From Epithemia pelagica (taxonomy: Eukaryota > Protista > Bacillariophyta), in the NCBI GenBank assembly GCA_946965045.2, contig OX337230.1, forward strand, positions 3,348,001 through 3,412,000: a DNA stretch of 64,000 bases, written 5' to 3'. Positions 44,595-55,976 of this stretch are shown in pieces. The position numbers were made by a program, and so were the translations under genes. Numbering within the stretch: the first letter of the stretch is position 1; each line of letters starts with the position of its first letter. The notes beneath the pieces are model-generated. The model was given only the letters and a program-made list of their open reading frames with translations. It did no database searches and was not told where the DNA came from.

Positions 44595-45129
44595 TGCTAT
44601 CGCTATTTGTAGACTGTGTTGTTTGCTATTTTTCGACCATTTTGTTTGCTCGTGAGAGCTAAACTCGTTGCCTCGCTTAAGCATCTAGGTACAGCTCTGG
44701 ATATCCACATTCTGTTGTTTATTTCCCTGTCCCCACAAACCAAGACGAGGAATTTTTGTACCGACAACTTCGCGAGCCCTGGACCCTTTCCAGTTTCAGC
44801 CACGTGTCTTCCAATTCTTGTCTTGTACAACAAAAACGGAGAGGTCAGCAGACCCAGTACTGATGTATCAAGCCCATGTCATATTGAAAAACGGAAATGA
44901 GACACCCGTATTGACTTAGGTCAAGGAGAAATGAGTACTTTGGTACCATTTGATTCCTTGTCGTGAATTTAGGCCTTATTGATAAGGTAAAAGAATCTGG
45001 TGAGAGCGGCGAAACTTGCCCAACCGCATCTTGATCCATGTCTATGAAGAGGAGTGCAACGGCAAAATGTCTGACCGCATATTTGCTTTGTGTAAATTCG
45101 ACGTCGTACGCCGTTGACTCGACATGCTG

Positions 45130-46191
45130 TTACCACGAAGAACTGGATCGGTATCCACTGGCATTGTATTCTTCCATAGGTCCATTGCAGTACAATGCGG
45201 TGGAATAGTCTTCATCTTCTTCCATGTCCTCATAATATTCAAGGCTGCTCCACGAGCCTTGGTTGGAACATTTTGTCCTGAATTCGTTTCGAGAAGATGG
45301 ATCGACAACAGTCGAAGATTCATTGGAAGTTGATAGTGGCGGTTGTAAATCTGGCTTCATGGTCAAGACTGGTTGGCCATGGCGACCACTGCCTGACACA
45401 GCCGAGGCCACTGTGCTCCGCAAGAAACTTTTGTTGTAATCTTGTTGTCGTTGTTGCTGCTGTTCGCCTTGAAGAAAGAGTGCTTCTCTTCGTTGTTGTT
45501 CTTCTTGAATGGCCCTTTCCAATTGGTCCAATCCATAGTACGAGGCTAGTGCAAATAAATGAGAGGCATTTTCGTCCGTCAGCGATGATTGAAGGTAGGA
45601 ATCCCCAATGGCCAACCATACAATCAACCAATCAAAGGATGACACCAAGGCTTCGTCGACCCACAGCTCTTTGGTGGAACGTGCAGTCGTTGTCGTTGTT
45701 CTCGACAATGTACTATTTGTTTTCCATTTTTCAGGACCATCATCCTCCGTCCCAGTGCCCAAGACGAGTTTGGACAAAATGGAACCACTGGCTCGACCAT
45801 CCCCCTCCAACCACTGTGGATCCAAAAACTTTTGGAGTCTCCCATTGACCATGACACGAATCGCATTGTCTTGATTCAGGAGGGCAAAAACGTTCATGGG
45901 TGTGGTTGCGACTGACGGCGCAGTTGCCGGTGAGACTGCCGGTGCTTCGCAAACTGATGGTGTAGACTGGAGTGGAGGACCACAAGACAATTCACGGTGG
46001 GGATTGTATCGATCCGAATCACAACGACGACGAGATTTCCGTTGAAAATTGGAGTGGGTAGGTGCCATATTGTTTGCGTTGGTCGATTCGTGAGAGTCGA
46101 CCGTAAATTGTGTGTCGATACGACGCTTTCGGGACAGGTTCATGTCTGACACCTGGGCCAATCCTCGAGGTGTAGTGGTTCGGTACTCCAT
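45130..46191 (-). CDS. BTB/POZ-like domain protein 1
   Basis: NAIRVMVNG...FDWLIVWLAIGD...LTDENASHLFALASYYGLDQLE; the 'A.YYGL..L' ending is typical of BTB folds. Paralog at 50076-50504. Confidence 0.65.
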   Translation of the reverse strand: MEYRTTTPRGLAQVSDMNLSRKRRIDTQFTVDSHESTNANNMAPTHSNFQRKSRRRCDSDRYNPHRELSCGPPLQSTPSVCEAPAVSPATAPSVATTPMNVFALLNQDNAIRVMVNGRLQKFLDPQWLEGDGRASGSILSKLVLGTGTEDDGPEKWKTNSTLSRTTTTTARSTKELWVDEALVSSFDWLIVWLAIGDSYLQSSLTDENASHLFALASYYGLDQLERAIQEEQQRREALFLQGEQQQQRQQDYNKSFLRSTVASAVSGSGRHGQPVLTMKPDLQPPLSTSNESSTVVDPSSRNEFRTKCSNQGSWSSLEYYEDMEEDEDYSTALYCNGPMEEYNASGYRSSSSW

Positions 46192-47477
46192 TCTTTTTTA
46201 TAGAAAACGTTGGCGGACCTCAACTCGTTGAAAATTCCAAGAAACGTAAGAACACGAAGCAAATGGAGGAGATGCAACCGTGCCAAATGAATGTCCCACA
46301 ATTCAAACGCCGACGGGGAACATTGCGGCCAAATACGCCATTGTTTGCGTGTGCGAAGGCACCGGTTGAAAAAGCGACCCCAGCGACCAGAAGGTCTCTT
46401 TTAGGTCGCTTTACATAAACGGGACCTACGACCTATCAAAATTACCTCAAACATAATTATCAGGGGCAATTATTAGTTTTGACTATGTCGAATTGCTTCT
46501 AAGGACATTTTCTGTCAGTGGGATTCTCTTCAAGTTGTAACCATTAAAGACAATTAACATTTCGCGAGATCTTGGGCTCAAAACTCAAGTCACGGTCTTA
46601 GTACAATCTTTCTGCCATCTCTTTCTATGATAGTGTGTTGCTTCTGGCTAGCGAGCAAGAAGAGCTTCTACTCATAGATCCTCTCTAGCTAGAAACTGGA
46701 GAGTCGAAAAGGAGAAAGCACTCATAGCTCGTCTCTAGATCGATACAACCCAGAGCTAAATAAGTGGTCTCACCCGAGACTCTTCAGTCTCCTCCGAGTA
46801 TGTGGACCAAGAGAAATCATGGCCTCCATGTCTGCGCAGATAGGGAGAAAAGGCGAGTGAGAGCAACCCTCCAACTTAGAGCTACTCCTAAGTTTTGAAG
46901 CTAGGCGAAAGAACTCGAGTGAGAGGTAGGGTAGCTCTTGGAATCAGGGCAATGATGAACTTCATTGGGCCCCTACGACAAGGACGTGGAGAGTGGAGAA
47001 GAGAGAAGAGAGAAGAACATATGGGCTATTATGTGACTTTTTACGAATTCCCAACTTCCGAAATTCTACCACTTGGAAGTTGGGAAGTTGGGTCATTAAT
47101 CCAGTCGCGACTTTAAGATTTTCCTTTGGGAGTTTTTATGCTCCGTTGAAACGCGAAGGATGTGAGAACCTGACGCTGTTCTCTGCCACCACAAGAAACA
47201 AGAAGACAGAATCCGGTTGGAGTTTGGAGTTTGCGTCGTTGCTGTTGGCTGTCTGCCAATCCTCGTTTCTGTTGTTGGTGTTGGTAGTTGGTAACCCTGT
47301 TCCTGCGCACTTAATTATTTCAAACAGACAGCATCGATCTTTGGCTCAGGCCTTTCTTCTGGCCTCTCATTCAACTCGTCCTCCTCGTACGATCCGAGGG
47401 TAACCGATAATTAATTGCCAACTGCAAAACTGACTGTCACTTCAGAGTCTACACCGCTATTGTCAGTGTCATTCAAA

Positions 47478-49510
47478 ATGACCTCGCCTTCCACCAACAT
47501 TGCAGAAACTATTGGCACCGCAGAAGGAGCATCGTCACCATCTGCAGTACCGGAAGCTGCTCCGCAACAACAGCAAGAGCCATTGGAAGAAAACAAGAAC
47601 AAGGAACCTTTGCAAACTGTGGATCTCAATGACAGTGCCACCAAGAAGGAGGAAACAGTGGTGCCAACGTCGGCCACAACCTTGGGAGAATCTAGTTGCA
47701 CTTCTCAAAGACTTCCTCCCGATGAACCCAGTATCGACCTTGGCCAACCTGTAAGTGTTTGTTCTCATCTTTTGCTGCTTCGCGTTGTATGGACAAGCAG
47801 CGACTGAACGAGAGGTTGCGGGTTTTCATTGCTAGTATGGATACTCTAACGCACATCCCCCGAAACTGGACACCATTCTCACTGTACTGTTCTTCGAATC
47901 TACAGACGGAATGGAAAAAATATTCTAGTTACAGCGTTCCAGTGGATCCCAATCAAGATGATAAGGCAACGGAAATTAATTTGTTTGATTTCCGTCGAAG
48001 TCGCTCCGAAATGGAGGAACGACCCGGTCTCCGGTTTCCCTGTTGCAAGTTTATCTATTTGGATTTAACAAGACCTCATATGCGGGCCTTTCATTGTTCC
48101 TGGTGGTGTTTCTTTATTGCCTTTTTCATTTGGTTTGCCATTGCGCCGCTCCTTTCCGAGATCCGGGATGATCTGGGGTTGAAAGATTCACAAGTTTGGA
48201 CCTCCTCCATTGTGGGTGTAGGCGGCACCATTGTGATGCGGTTCATTCTCGGTCCGCTATGTGACAAGTATGGTGCTCGTATACTCTATGCGATTGTACT
48301 CTGTGTGGCATCCATTCCCACAGCCTGTACTGGTTTGGTCAATAGTGCTGCCGGATTGTCCATTTTGCGCTTGTTTATTGGAATTGCGGGAGGGACCTTT
48401 GTCATGTGTCAATATTGGAGTAGTCGCATGTTTTCCAAAGAAGTGGTGGGTACGGCCAATGCCCTGTGTGGTGGATGGGGAAACTTGGGTGGTGGTGTGA
48501 CACAGCTTGTCATGGGAACCATGTTGTTCCCCCTCTTCAAGGTATTTTTCGATGGTGATTCCGAAAAGGCCTGGCGCACAGTCTGCATTGTCCCTGCGGT
48601 CGTGGCATTTGCCAGTGGTATCATGGTGTACTATGTGTCTGATGATGCCCCCAAGGGCAATTTTGACGAATTGAAAAAGCATGGCGCCATGCCCCCTGTC
48701 TCAGCGACCCAGTCCTTTCGACGAGGCGCAATCAATTTCAATACCTGGCTCTTATTTATCCAATATGGCTGTTGTTTTGGGGTGGAACTTACCATGAACA
48801 ATGCCGCGGCACTTTATTTTAAAGATGAATTTGGACAATCGACCGAGTCCGCAGGAGCCATTGCCTCGCTCTTTGGGTGGATGAATCTCTTTGCTCGTGG
48901 CATGGGTGGATACCTCTCCGATTATGCCAACGCCAAACACAATGGTGTACAGGGACGATTGAGGGTTCAAACAGTATTGTTGGCTTTCGAAGGCGCCTTG
49001 GTGTTGGTCTTTGCAGCGTCGAGAACTTTGGGTGGAGCGATTGTGATCATGGTTGCCTTTTCCCTCTTTGTACAAGCGGCCGAAGGATCCACCTATGGAA
49101 TTGTTCCCTATGTCGATCCATCTAGTACCGGAAGCATTGCCGGTATTGTCGGAGCTGGTGGGAACTTGGGTGCTGTCCTCTTTGGATTGGGTTTCCAACA
49201 ATTGGAATATCGGCAAGCCTTTTTCATAATGGGCTTTGCCATTTTGGCGTCTTCCATTCTCACCTTATTTGTAGACATTCGAGGACACCCCTGAATGCTG
49301 GAACGACAAGCAATTGTCGAAGAAGAAATGATGAAAGAGACTGTCGAAGATACGGAGGAACCCAAACAACCCGAGGAAGCAGAAGCAGCGGTCGTTCAAG
49401 AGCACGATCCAAAGTATAGTGCCTCTATCAATACCGACAAGAAGGAAGAGCCGCTGACTCTGATTGTTCCCGAAAAGAATGAAGAATTGACGCAAGAAGT
49501 GAACTCGTAG
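47478..49510 (+). CDS. NRT2: High-affinity nitrate transporter (NRT2/NNP, MFS); exon 1 47478-47750, exon 2 from 47906; TGA at 49292 followed by an open acidic tail
   Basis: Motifs PHMRAFHCSW, GPLCDKYGAR, CQYWSSRMF...VGTANALCGGWGNLGGGVTQ, FGVELT, ARGMGG and AEGSTYGIVP...GIVGAGGNLG. Donor CCT|gtaagt and acceptor tacag|ACG are both phase 0. Confidence 0.93.
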
Positions 49511-49841
49511 ACCACCATTTCGCCCTTTCCAGTAGCTGTGATGCCTGCGTCATTGTTTTTCAAACACGAAGACATGTGGCGTTTTGACGTGGACTCCATT
49601 CGATCTTTTCCCTTGGCCCGCCCTGCACTTTTGCACATACAGACGCTGACATGTGGGCTTGGCGGTTCACGATTGTTGGTTTTTGCTTTTTGCGAATCGA
49701 TGAGAATAATGAAAATGTGCCCGCAACAGTAGTGACTTGGGTGTACACACCATGAATACCCAAACGGCTAATACATGTTCTCTCACTGTCGTTGGTAATG
49801 GCTAACTCACAAATCGAACTTTTTGCCTGTTAATCTTTTGT

Positions 49842-50504
49842 TTAAAATGAACCCGCACTATACTCATCGTCGTAGTCGTAGTAGTCGTCGTCAGAGGAAT
49901 CATATCGGTCCACCATGTCCATGTCATCCATGTCATAATCGAAATGGAGGACACGTCGGCAGCTGAAGCATCTAGGCCTGTTCCCTCTGTACGACGGGGC
50001 CACCGTTGTCTCTTGCCCGCAATCTACGCAGAGAACCACGCCACGGGCTAAGCGGTCCCGATGTTCTCGTAGGCGTCACTCTTGCTCTTCCCTTGCCCGC
50101 CGCGCTTCTTCTTCCACTTTGTGAGCTTCTTCCTCGCGGTGTTCCTGTTCTTGTTGAATGACTTGTTCGAGTTGGTCCAATCCATAGTACGATGCCAAGG
50201 CAAATAGATTCGACGCGTTCTCATCTGTCAGAGACGACTTGATGTGAGAGTCACCAATTGCCAGCCATATCATCAACAAGTCAAACGACGATACCAAGTC
50301 TTCATCCACATTGAGTTCGGTGGTTCCAGTAAAGCCTTGGTCTGTTCCCAGGACTTGTTTCGCCAAGATGGAGCCAGCGGCACGACCCTCGCCTTCCAAC
50401 CAACTTTTGGCCAAGAACTTTTCTTGATTGTTGACCAGAACGCGAATGGCATTGTCCTCATTCAAGAGTGCCAGGTCATCTAATGAAGTCACTTGAGGCT
50501 CCAT
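49842..50504 (-). pseudogene. BTB-like + coiled-coil + CxxC..CxxC zinc-ribbon protein with one in-frame TGA (50076-50078)
   Basis: BTB region closely matches the 45130 gene. In-frame continuation EEQE*RLREHRDRLARGVVLCVDC...RPRCFSC...DMDDMDMVD...SAGSF*. Confidence 0.7.
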
Positions 50505-50775
50505 CTCTTGCTTGTCAACTTGGTCATGTTCGTGAGGGGAACTGAGATTTTTCTGGAAAAGTGCTCTACAGAGATTTTTTTGGAAAAGTACAAGGTTCCA
50601 GGAAAAGATATGCCTATACTTTGAGCGCATTGGGTGACGTTATCCAGAAAGGGACAGGGAGGCAGGATGTGCTAGATAAGAACCATTTACACCAACAGAC
50701 CATACATGTATCAGTCTTAATACTTTCGTGTTTTTGAGATGTACAGGGATACCACAATGACATGACGCCTTGTTT

Positions 50776-51582
50776 TCAAAACGAACCCGCACTGCGCTCA
50801 TCGTCGTACAAGAAGTCAAAGGGATTATATGGGTCCACCATGTCCATGTCATCCATGTCAAAATCGCAATCATTGTCACGTGAGCAGCTACGAAAATGGA
50901 GAAACACCGAAGGCATGTCCAGGGATACCACAAAACGACCAAGCGTTAATGTCAACACCCCTGGATGGAGCGGTCGTGCTCCTCCATTTCGAAAGCCATT
51001 CACTTCAGTTCGAAAGCCATTCAAATCAGTTTGAAAGTCATTCACTTCAGTTTGAAAGTCATTCACTTCAGTTCGAAAGGCATCCGCTTCACTCTCTTCT
51101 TCCATCACTCTCTTCGCATAAGATCGTTTCTGTAGGAGTTGCCACATGTATTGAAACTGGTCATTCAAAGCGACAACAAGGTCGGGACTCACGAAAGCCA
51201 TCAATGTTACCAGCGCAACCAGAATGGGAAAACAAGCCATAACGATCAACAAGGCATAGAAAATGGTCATAGTCAAATGACGCAATGTAGCCAACAGAAC
51301 CGTTCCAACCAAAGACATGACCGACCCGACCAGGCCGACTCCAACGAGGAAACCAGCTGTTACCCAAGCAGAGTGGATTCCACTCCAATTTGAGCCAGAA
51401 CGATGAGTGTGTTTATTGCTGTGATCCAGTTGTCGTCGGCGTTCATTTCGCCTACCCGATATGGCTTTTGGAACGCATGTTTGAAGTTTTGCGGTTGAAG
51501 GAGGATTCCCCGTACTCCCTGAGACAGGGAGTGTGGGTGAAACACTCCTGCGAGGAGAACGAAATGGAATCCATCGAGGCAT
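50776..51582 (-). CDS. Membrane protein (2-3 hydrophobic segments), chimeric C-terminus with heptad repeat
   Basis: N-terminus MPRWIPF..SVSP.LP and the hydrophobic block are shared with 52733..53455. The tail DFDMDDMDMVD...SAGSF* is shared with the 49842 gene. Confidence 0.6.
   Translation of the reverse strand: MPRWIPFRSPRRSVSPTLPVSGSTGNPPSTAKLQTCVPKAISGRRNERRRQLDHSNKHTHRSGSNWSGIHSAWVTAGFLVGVGLVGSVMSLVGTVLLATLRHLTMTIFYALLIVMACFPILVALVTLMAFVSPDLVVALNDQFQYMWQLLQKRSYAKRVMEEESEADAFRTEVNDFQTEVNDFQTDLNGFRTEVNGFRNGGARPLHPGVLTLTLGRFVVSLDMPSVFLHFRSCSRDNDCDFDMDDMDMVDPYNPFDFLYDDERSAGSF
50988..51080. repeat. 21-bp coding minisatellite (about 4.4 copies; EVN(D/G)F(Q/R)T heptads)
   Basis: tt(c/t)gaaag(c/t)cattca(c/a)(t/a)tcag units at 50988, 51009, 51030, 51051 and a partial at 51072. 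Confidence 0.9.
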
Positions 51583-51823
51583 GATGGGAAGTGTCTACGT
51601 CAAAAGAGCCAGAGAGCGGCTGTTTGTCAAGGTCGGGGCATGTCTCAACTGAAGTACGATCTCCTGTTTGTCCTCGGTGCCGTTCTGCGTTGTCTTTACC
51701 AAACTGAAACCATCCACTATGAGCCTTTGTGGGTAACACTGTGGGGATGAACCAAAGGAGCATACCAAAGTGCACAACCACCCAGGCGCCCATCTTGGTT
51801 CGTTACGCAACATGAAAGTTGTA

Positions 51824-52428
51824 AGGGCTGGGTAAGCCGATCCATGTTCGGCTAAGTAGGCTCAGTACATTAACCTACGTAGTACTATTTTCGTCTGTGT
51901 AAGAAGTGGGGCGGATGGTCACACCGAGTCGCAAACTGAAAACTTGCTGCCACGAGAAACAATGCAAATCGCTCGACAATGGTGGAAGCCATCACCCCCA
52001 TGGCCATAACTTCCTCAATAATAGAGCTCGCCTAAACCGCTTTTAGAATAAGACTCTTTACTACTAGATCAACTATGGTTTCAATTCGGTCGAGTCAGCA
52101 TTGAAAAATGAGTGAGTTAGGGCGGTCGTTCGATGTCATCACTGCAGAAAAATCAGCGTACCTTTTCAGCCAACTTGGCAAATCTTCTGTAATTTCAGAC
52201 AACAATTTCAAAGGTAAAGGCAAAGGACTTACGGTGGTTGGATGTTTATGCGATGCATGGGTGAATGCATACGGCGTCACCGGATCTCGCCATCATTGTC
52301 GAGCGTTTTTGCATTTTTTGGAAATTCCGACCATTTCCGGCGTGACGTGTACTATGTGATTTTATGTACTATACGTAGGTTTTGTACTGAGCCTACCTAG
52401 CCGAACATGGATCGGCTTACCCAGCCTT
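51824..52428. mobile_element. MITE copy 2 (605 bp), inverted relative to copy 1
   Basis: Same TIRs and TA flanks (51822-23, 52429-30). The internal sequence is the reverse complement of copy 1 with scattered substitutions. Confidence 0.88.
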
Positions 52429-52732
52429 TAACACGGGACATTACGTATATGACACGTGGCAGACTGGTCCATGATATGGTATCCCTGAAAATCTCAAAAA
52501 AATCCGTCGAGACATGGGTTGGGCGTGGGATTTAGACTTTTCTGAAAAAGTACCTTGTATGTTGCATGTTCACCGCCGGTGAGCGTGAACGCACACAACA
52601 GACCCCGGAGATCGGCCTTTTGATTTCACGGATAAACTTGACATAAGAAGACCCCAAAGCAATTTCTAGGCTTGGACAGTCCACATACGTATATAGCATG
52701 AAAGTCATTTACGTACTATGATTCTTTCCTGC

Positions 52733-53455
52733 TCACTGCTCGTCTGATTGCAAGGTAGTCCTGTTCCACCAGTGCACGCCCCCAAATCCTTTCCTTGGGA
52801 ACTTGCACGCGTTTTCCCAAATTTCATGCAAGGTGACAAGGAGAGCGGGAGCCAGAAAAATCGAAAATGGCCCCAGTGCAATCAGAATGGGTAAACAGAC
52901 CAAAAAGGCAAACAAGGCATAGAACATGCCCACAATCACGAGGCACATTTCAACAAACAGTACCATTGCAGTGCAAACCAGAAAAATGACCCATCCGACC
53001 AGGCCGATCACAATGAGAAAACCAGCGATCATCAAAGCCAAGTCGATACCACTCTGATTCGAAGCAGAAGGACTAGTGCTTTCATTACTGTGATCCAGTT
53101 GTCTTGTCTCTTTCGTTCGCCATCCAATTTTGCATTTTCTTGGCCTTGTTTGAGGTTTTGTTGTTGTTGTAGGAGCATTCACGAGACCGGCGATCCCCGA
53201 CGTGGATCGAAGAGAACCAAGGACTTTATCGTTTCGTCGTTGTTTCCTTTGCCGTTGAAGAAGTTTGCTGAGTTCGGATTCCGATCTCTTTCGTGCGTTG
53301 TGTTTCGCTGTGGGAGGGCGGATTTTGTTTTCTGAGGTGGTAGAAGAACGCCAACCGAGTGGACCAAAGGATACGGAACTAAAATGACGTTTCGAGCTAG
53401 GAAGAGCCGGTGAAACACTTTTGCTGAGGGAACCAAATGGAATCCATCGAGGCAT
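52733..53455 (-). CDS. Membrane protein paralogous to 50776..51582
   Basis: Shares MPRWIPF...RQLDHSN...SGI...AGFL.. and the long hydrophobic block. Upstream sequence 53440-53700 also resembles 51566-51800. Confidence 0.6.
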   Translation of the reverse strand: MPRWIPFGSLSKSVSPALPSSKRHFSSVSFGPLGWRSSTTSENKIRPPTAKHNARKRSESELSKLLQRQRKQRRNDKVLGSLRSTSGIAGLVNAPTTTTKPQTRPRKCKIGWRTKETRQLDHSNESTSPSASNQSGIDLALMIAGFLIVIGLVGWVIFLVCTAMVLFVEMCLVIVGMFYALFAFLVCLPILIALGPFSIFLAPALLVTLHEIWENACKFPRKGFGGVHWWNRTTLQSDEQ

Positions 53456-54048
53456 GCTGGAAATGTCTAAGTCTAGAGAGTTAGAGAGTCGATGATTGCA
53501 AACTAAATAGTGCCAGAAAACTCCTTTCCAGTCGGTCTGGATAGATCATACCTGAGGTACGATCTCCTTTCCGTCCTCGATCCCGTTCCGAAACCTTGTG
53601 GTGTCGCTGAAACCAAGAGCGAGGTCCACCAACAGGAGCATCCTTCATGGGCAATCCTGTGGGGAGGAACCACAGGAGGAGCATAATACCAACGTGCTGC
53701 ACGCCAACTTTCCAGCCACCCATTGTGGTCGATCTGAGGAGTCGCTGTCAAACTCGTTACGTTGTCTGTAATATGCATAGCACCTGTCAGATGCACGACG
53801 CACGGGTTTGAGACAAGACGATTCCATGGTGTTAGAATCCTTGAAAATCTCAAAAGATCTGTGTTCGGTCGGACCTTTTACCGCGACCGAAGACGCGCGA
53901 TGGACAGGCGGGGAAAGAACTCCTCCGAACCATTCGCCATGACACAAACCAACGCCGAGTTGAACCCAGATTGACCAAGACGAACGCTTCACTTGGGTAT
54001 CCACGCTATTCACTATTCTCCTTTCGATATCGTATCAACAGCATCACC

Positions 54049-54422
54049 ATGGCTGACGCAGGAATGGATTTGGGATCTCAAATTGGCAAATTGACGCCAC
54101 AACAACGACAGGCGGTCTTGATGCGAGCGCAACAAGAAGCCAATACGCAAATCATGCAAAAAATGATGGAGAAAATGGTGGCGGCATGCTACGAAAAATG
54201 TGCGGGAACATCGGTGCGTGATACGGAAACAATTGTCTCCTTGGGAAGGATCTGGTGGTGTCTCACAGCAAACTCTCCCACGCGTTGGTACAGGGGGACA
54301 AGTTGGATTCTCGTGAATTGTCGTGTTTAACGGGATGTCAAGATCGGTATCTGGAAGCGCGAGCTCACGTACAAGAAACTCTGATGAAACGACAAGAACA
54401 ACAACAAGGCGGTCTCATGTAG
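54049..54422 (+). CDS. TIM13: Mitochondrial intermembrane small Tim chaperone (twin CX3C), Tim13-like; exons 54049-54213, 54294-54422
   Basis: Spliced product ...MEKMVAACYEKCAGTS|GDKLDSRELSCLTGCQDRYLEARAHV. Assignment to Tim13 rather than Tim8/9/10 is tentative. Confidence 0.8.
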
Positions 54423-54835
54423 GGCTAAATTTGTATCATTGGACGGATTCGCCGACTTGTATGGATACTGTCCGTCTCGACTGTAGAAAGAAACGAACGC
54501 GAAAACCAATATCCAGTACAGCACAGGAACAAAAGTATCCTAGTTTTTTTGCTTGAGAACATGGCTCACTTCCATCGGCTCCTATACGTAACCTGCTGAC
54601 ATTTGCACTGTGGCTTCGTGGCAGTCATAAATCTTTTTAGTCCATTCCCCTTTTTAGTCCAGTCCATACCGTCGTTGCCACATGAAACGTGTCCTTTGTA
54701 TGAGATTTTGAAGGGTCCATGTTCTTGTTTGCAACGTGCAAACTCCTGCGTGGCCACCGAAAAATCTTAACTTGCTGTGAGTTGTGGCCCATCCTTCAAC
54801 ACAAGTAGAACCATCCGTTCCTATAAAGAAAAGAC

Positions 54836-55392
54836 ATGAGGGGACTGATCACTCTCTTGATATGCTTTCTAACGTTGGCCAAGGGATTGGCCTGGAGGAA
54901 AGGTAAGTAAAGGTTCTCTGACGAGAGATTCGCCGTTGCAAGTGTGATAGAAATGCAGTTTCTCTGACTTTCTTGTTTTCCCGTACAACCACTTTGTGAC
55001 ACAACACATTCTGTCCAGACCACGACCATCAGCCGGGAGAGCGTGCAACACTTCATGTAACGAATCGTGGTAGAATACCGATGATATCGCGCTCCTCAAA
55101 GGCCATCGAAACAGCAGAAGAACGTTTCGAAAGGCTCGAATGGAAAGTAGAGGACGCTATGACGCAAATCTCCAAGGCTATTAAGACAGTAGAACGTCGC
55201 TACGAAAGACTGGAAAAGAGATTGAAAAAACTGGAGAAACAAAGTTCTTTTGAAACCACGCTCTTGAAAGTCTTCCAAGGGATGATGATTTACATGGTTC
55301 CACTTCATTTTTTGGCGGCTGTAATCAATGAATATTTTCCGACCAGCTCACCTGAGTATGATTTTCAAAGTTCTCGGACAGCATTCTGTTGA
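54836..55392 (+). CDS. Signal-peptide/coiled-coil/hydrophobic-tail family copy U0 (exons 54836-54902, 55019-55392)
   Basis: Exon 1 MRGLITLLICFLTLAKGLAWRK; G|gtaagt...ccag|AC joins in frame to DHDHQPGERATLHVTNRGRIPMISRSSKAIETAEERFERLE...LLKVFQGMMIYMVPLHFLAAVI. Confidence 0.75.
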
Positions 55393-55976
55393 GTTACAAT
55401 AGTTCTGGGAAGTGTCAAATGGTTAGAAAATATTTAGTGCTTATCCCTATCATTGGAACTTGTCCAATCTAGGTGTCTGAGAGCACAACCGAAACGGGTT
55501 CATGAGAATCTCGTTTTCAGTTTGATTGAACGTGCAAACTCCTGCGTGGTCACCGAAAAATCTCAATTTGCTGTGAGACTTTTGTGCTCAACACAAGTAG
55601 AACCATCCGTTCCTAAAAAGAAAAGACATGAGGCGACTGATCACTCTCTTGATATGCTTCCTAACTTTGGCCAAGGGATTGGCCTGGAGGAAAGGTAGGT
55701 AATGATTCTCTCACGAGAAATTCGCCGTTGCAATCGTGATAGAGTTACAGTTTCTCTGACATTTTTGTTTTCCCGTACAACCACTTTGTGACACAACACA
55801 TTCTGTCTAGACCACGACCATCAGCCGGGAGAGCGTGCAACACTTCATGTAACGAATCGTGGTAGATTACCGATGATATCGCGCTCCTCAAAGGCCATCG
55901 AAACAGCAGAAGAACGTTTCGAAAGGCTCGAATGGAAAATAGAGGACGCTATGACGCAAATCTCCAAGGCTATATT

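Noticed and set aside
49292-50078. Selenocysteine recoding of the two in-frame TGAs (NRT2, BTB-ZnF)
   Set aside because: Neither position is a redox Cys site (contexts suggest Gly or Arg), and I saw no SECIS-like element.
50988-51080. CRISPR-like arrays at the 21-, 33-, 42- and 61-bp repeats
   Set aside because: The repeats are contiguous tandems without unique spacers, there are no cas genes, and the context is eukaryotic.
55453-55698. Duplicated 81-aa ORFs (55453..55698, 61044..61289) as genes
   Set aside because: They start at TTG and are conserved only because the whole unit is duplicated. The overlapping frame gives an ATG signal-peptide exon with a conserved splice donor that joins exon 2 in frame.
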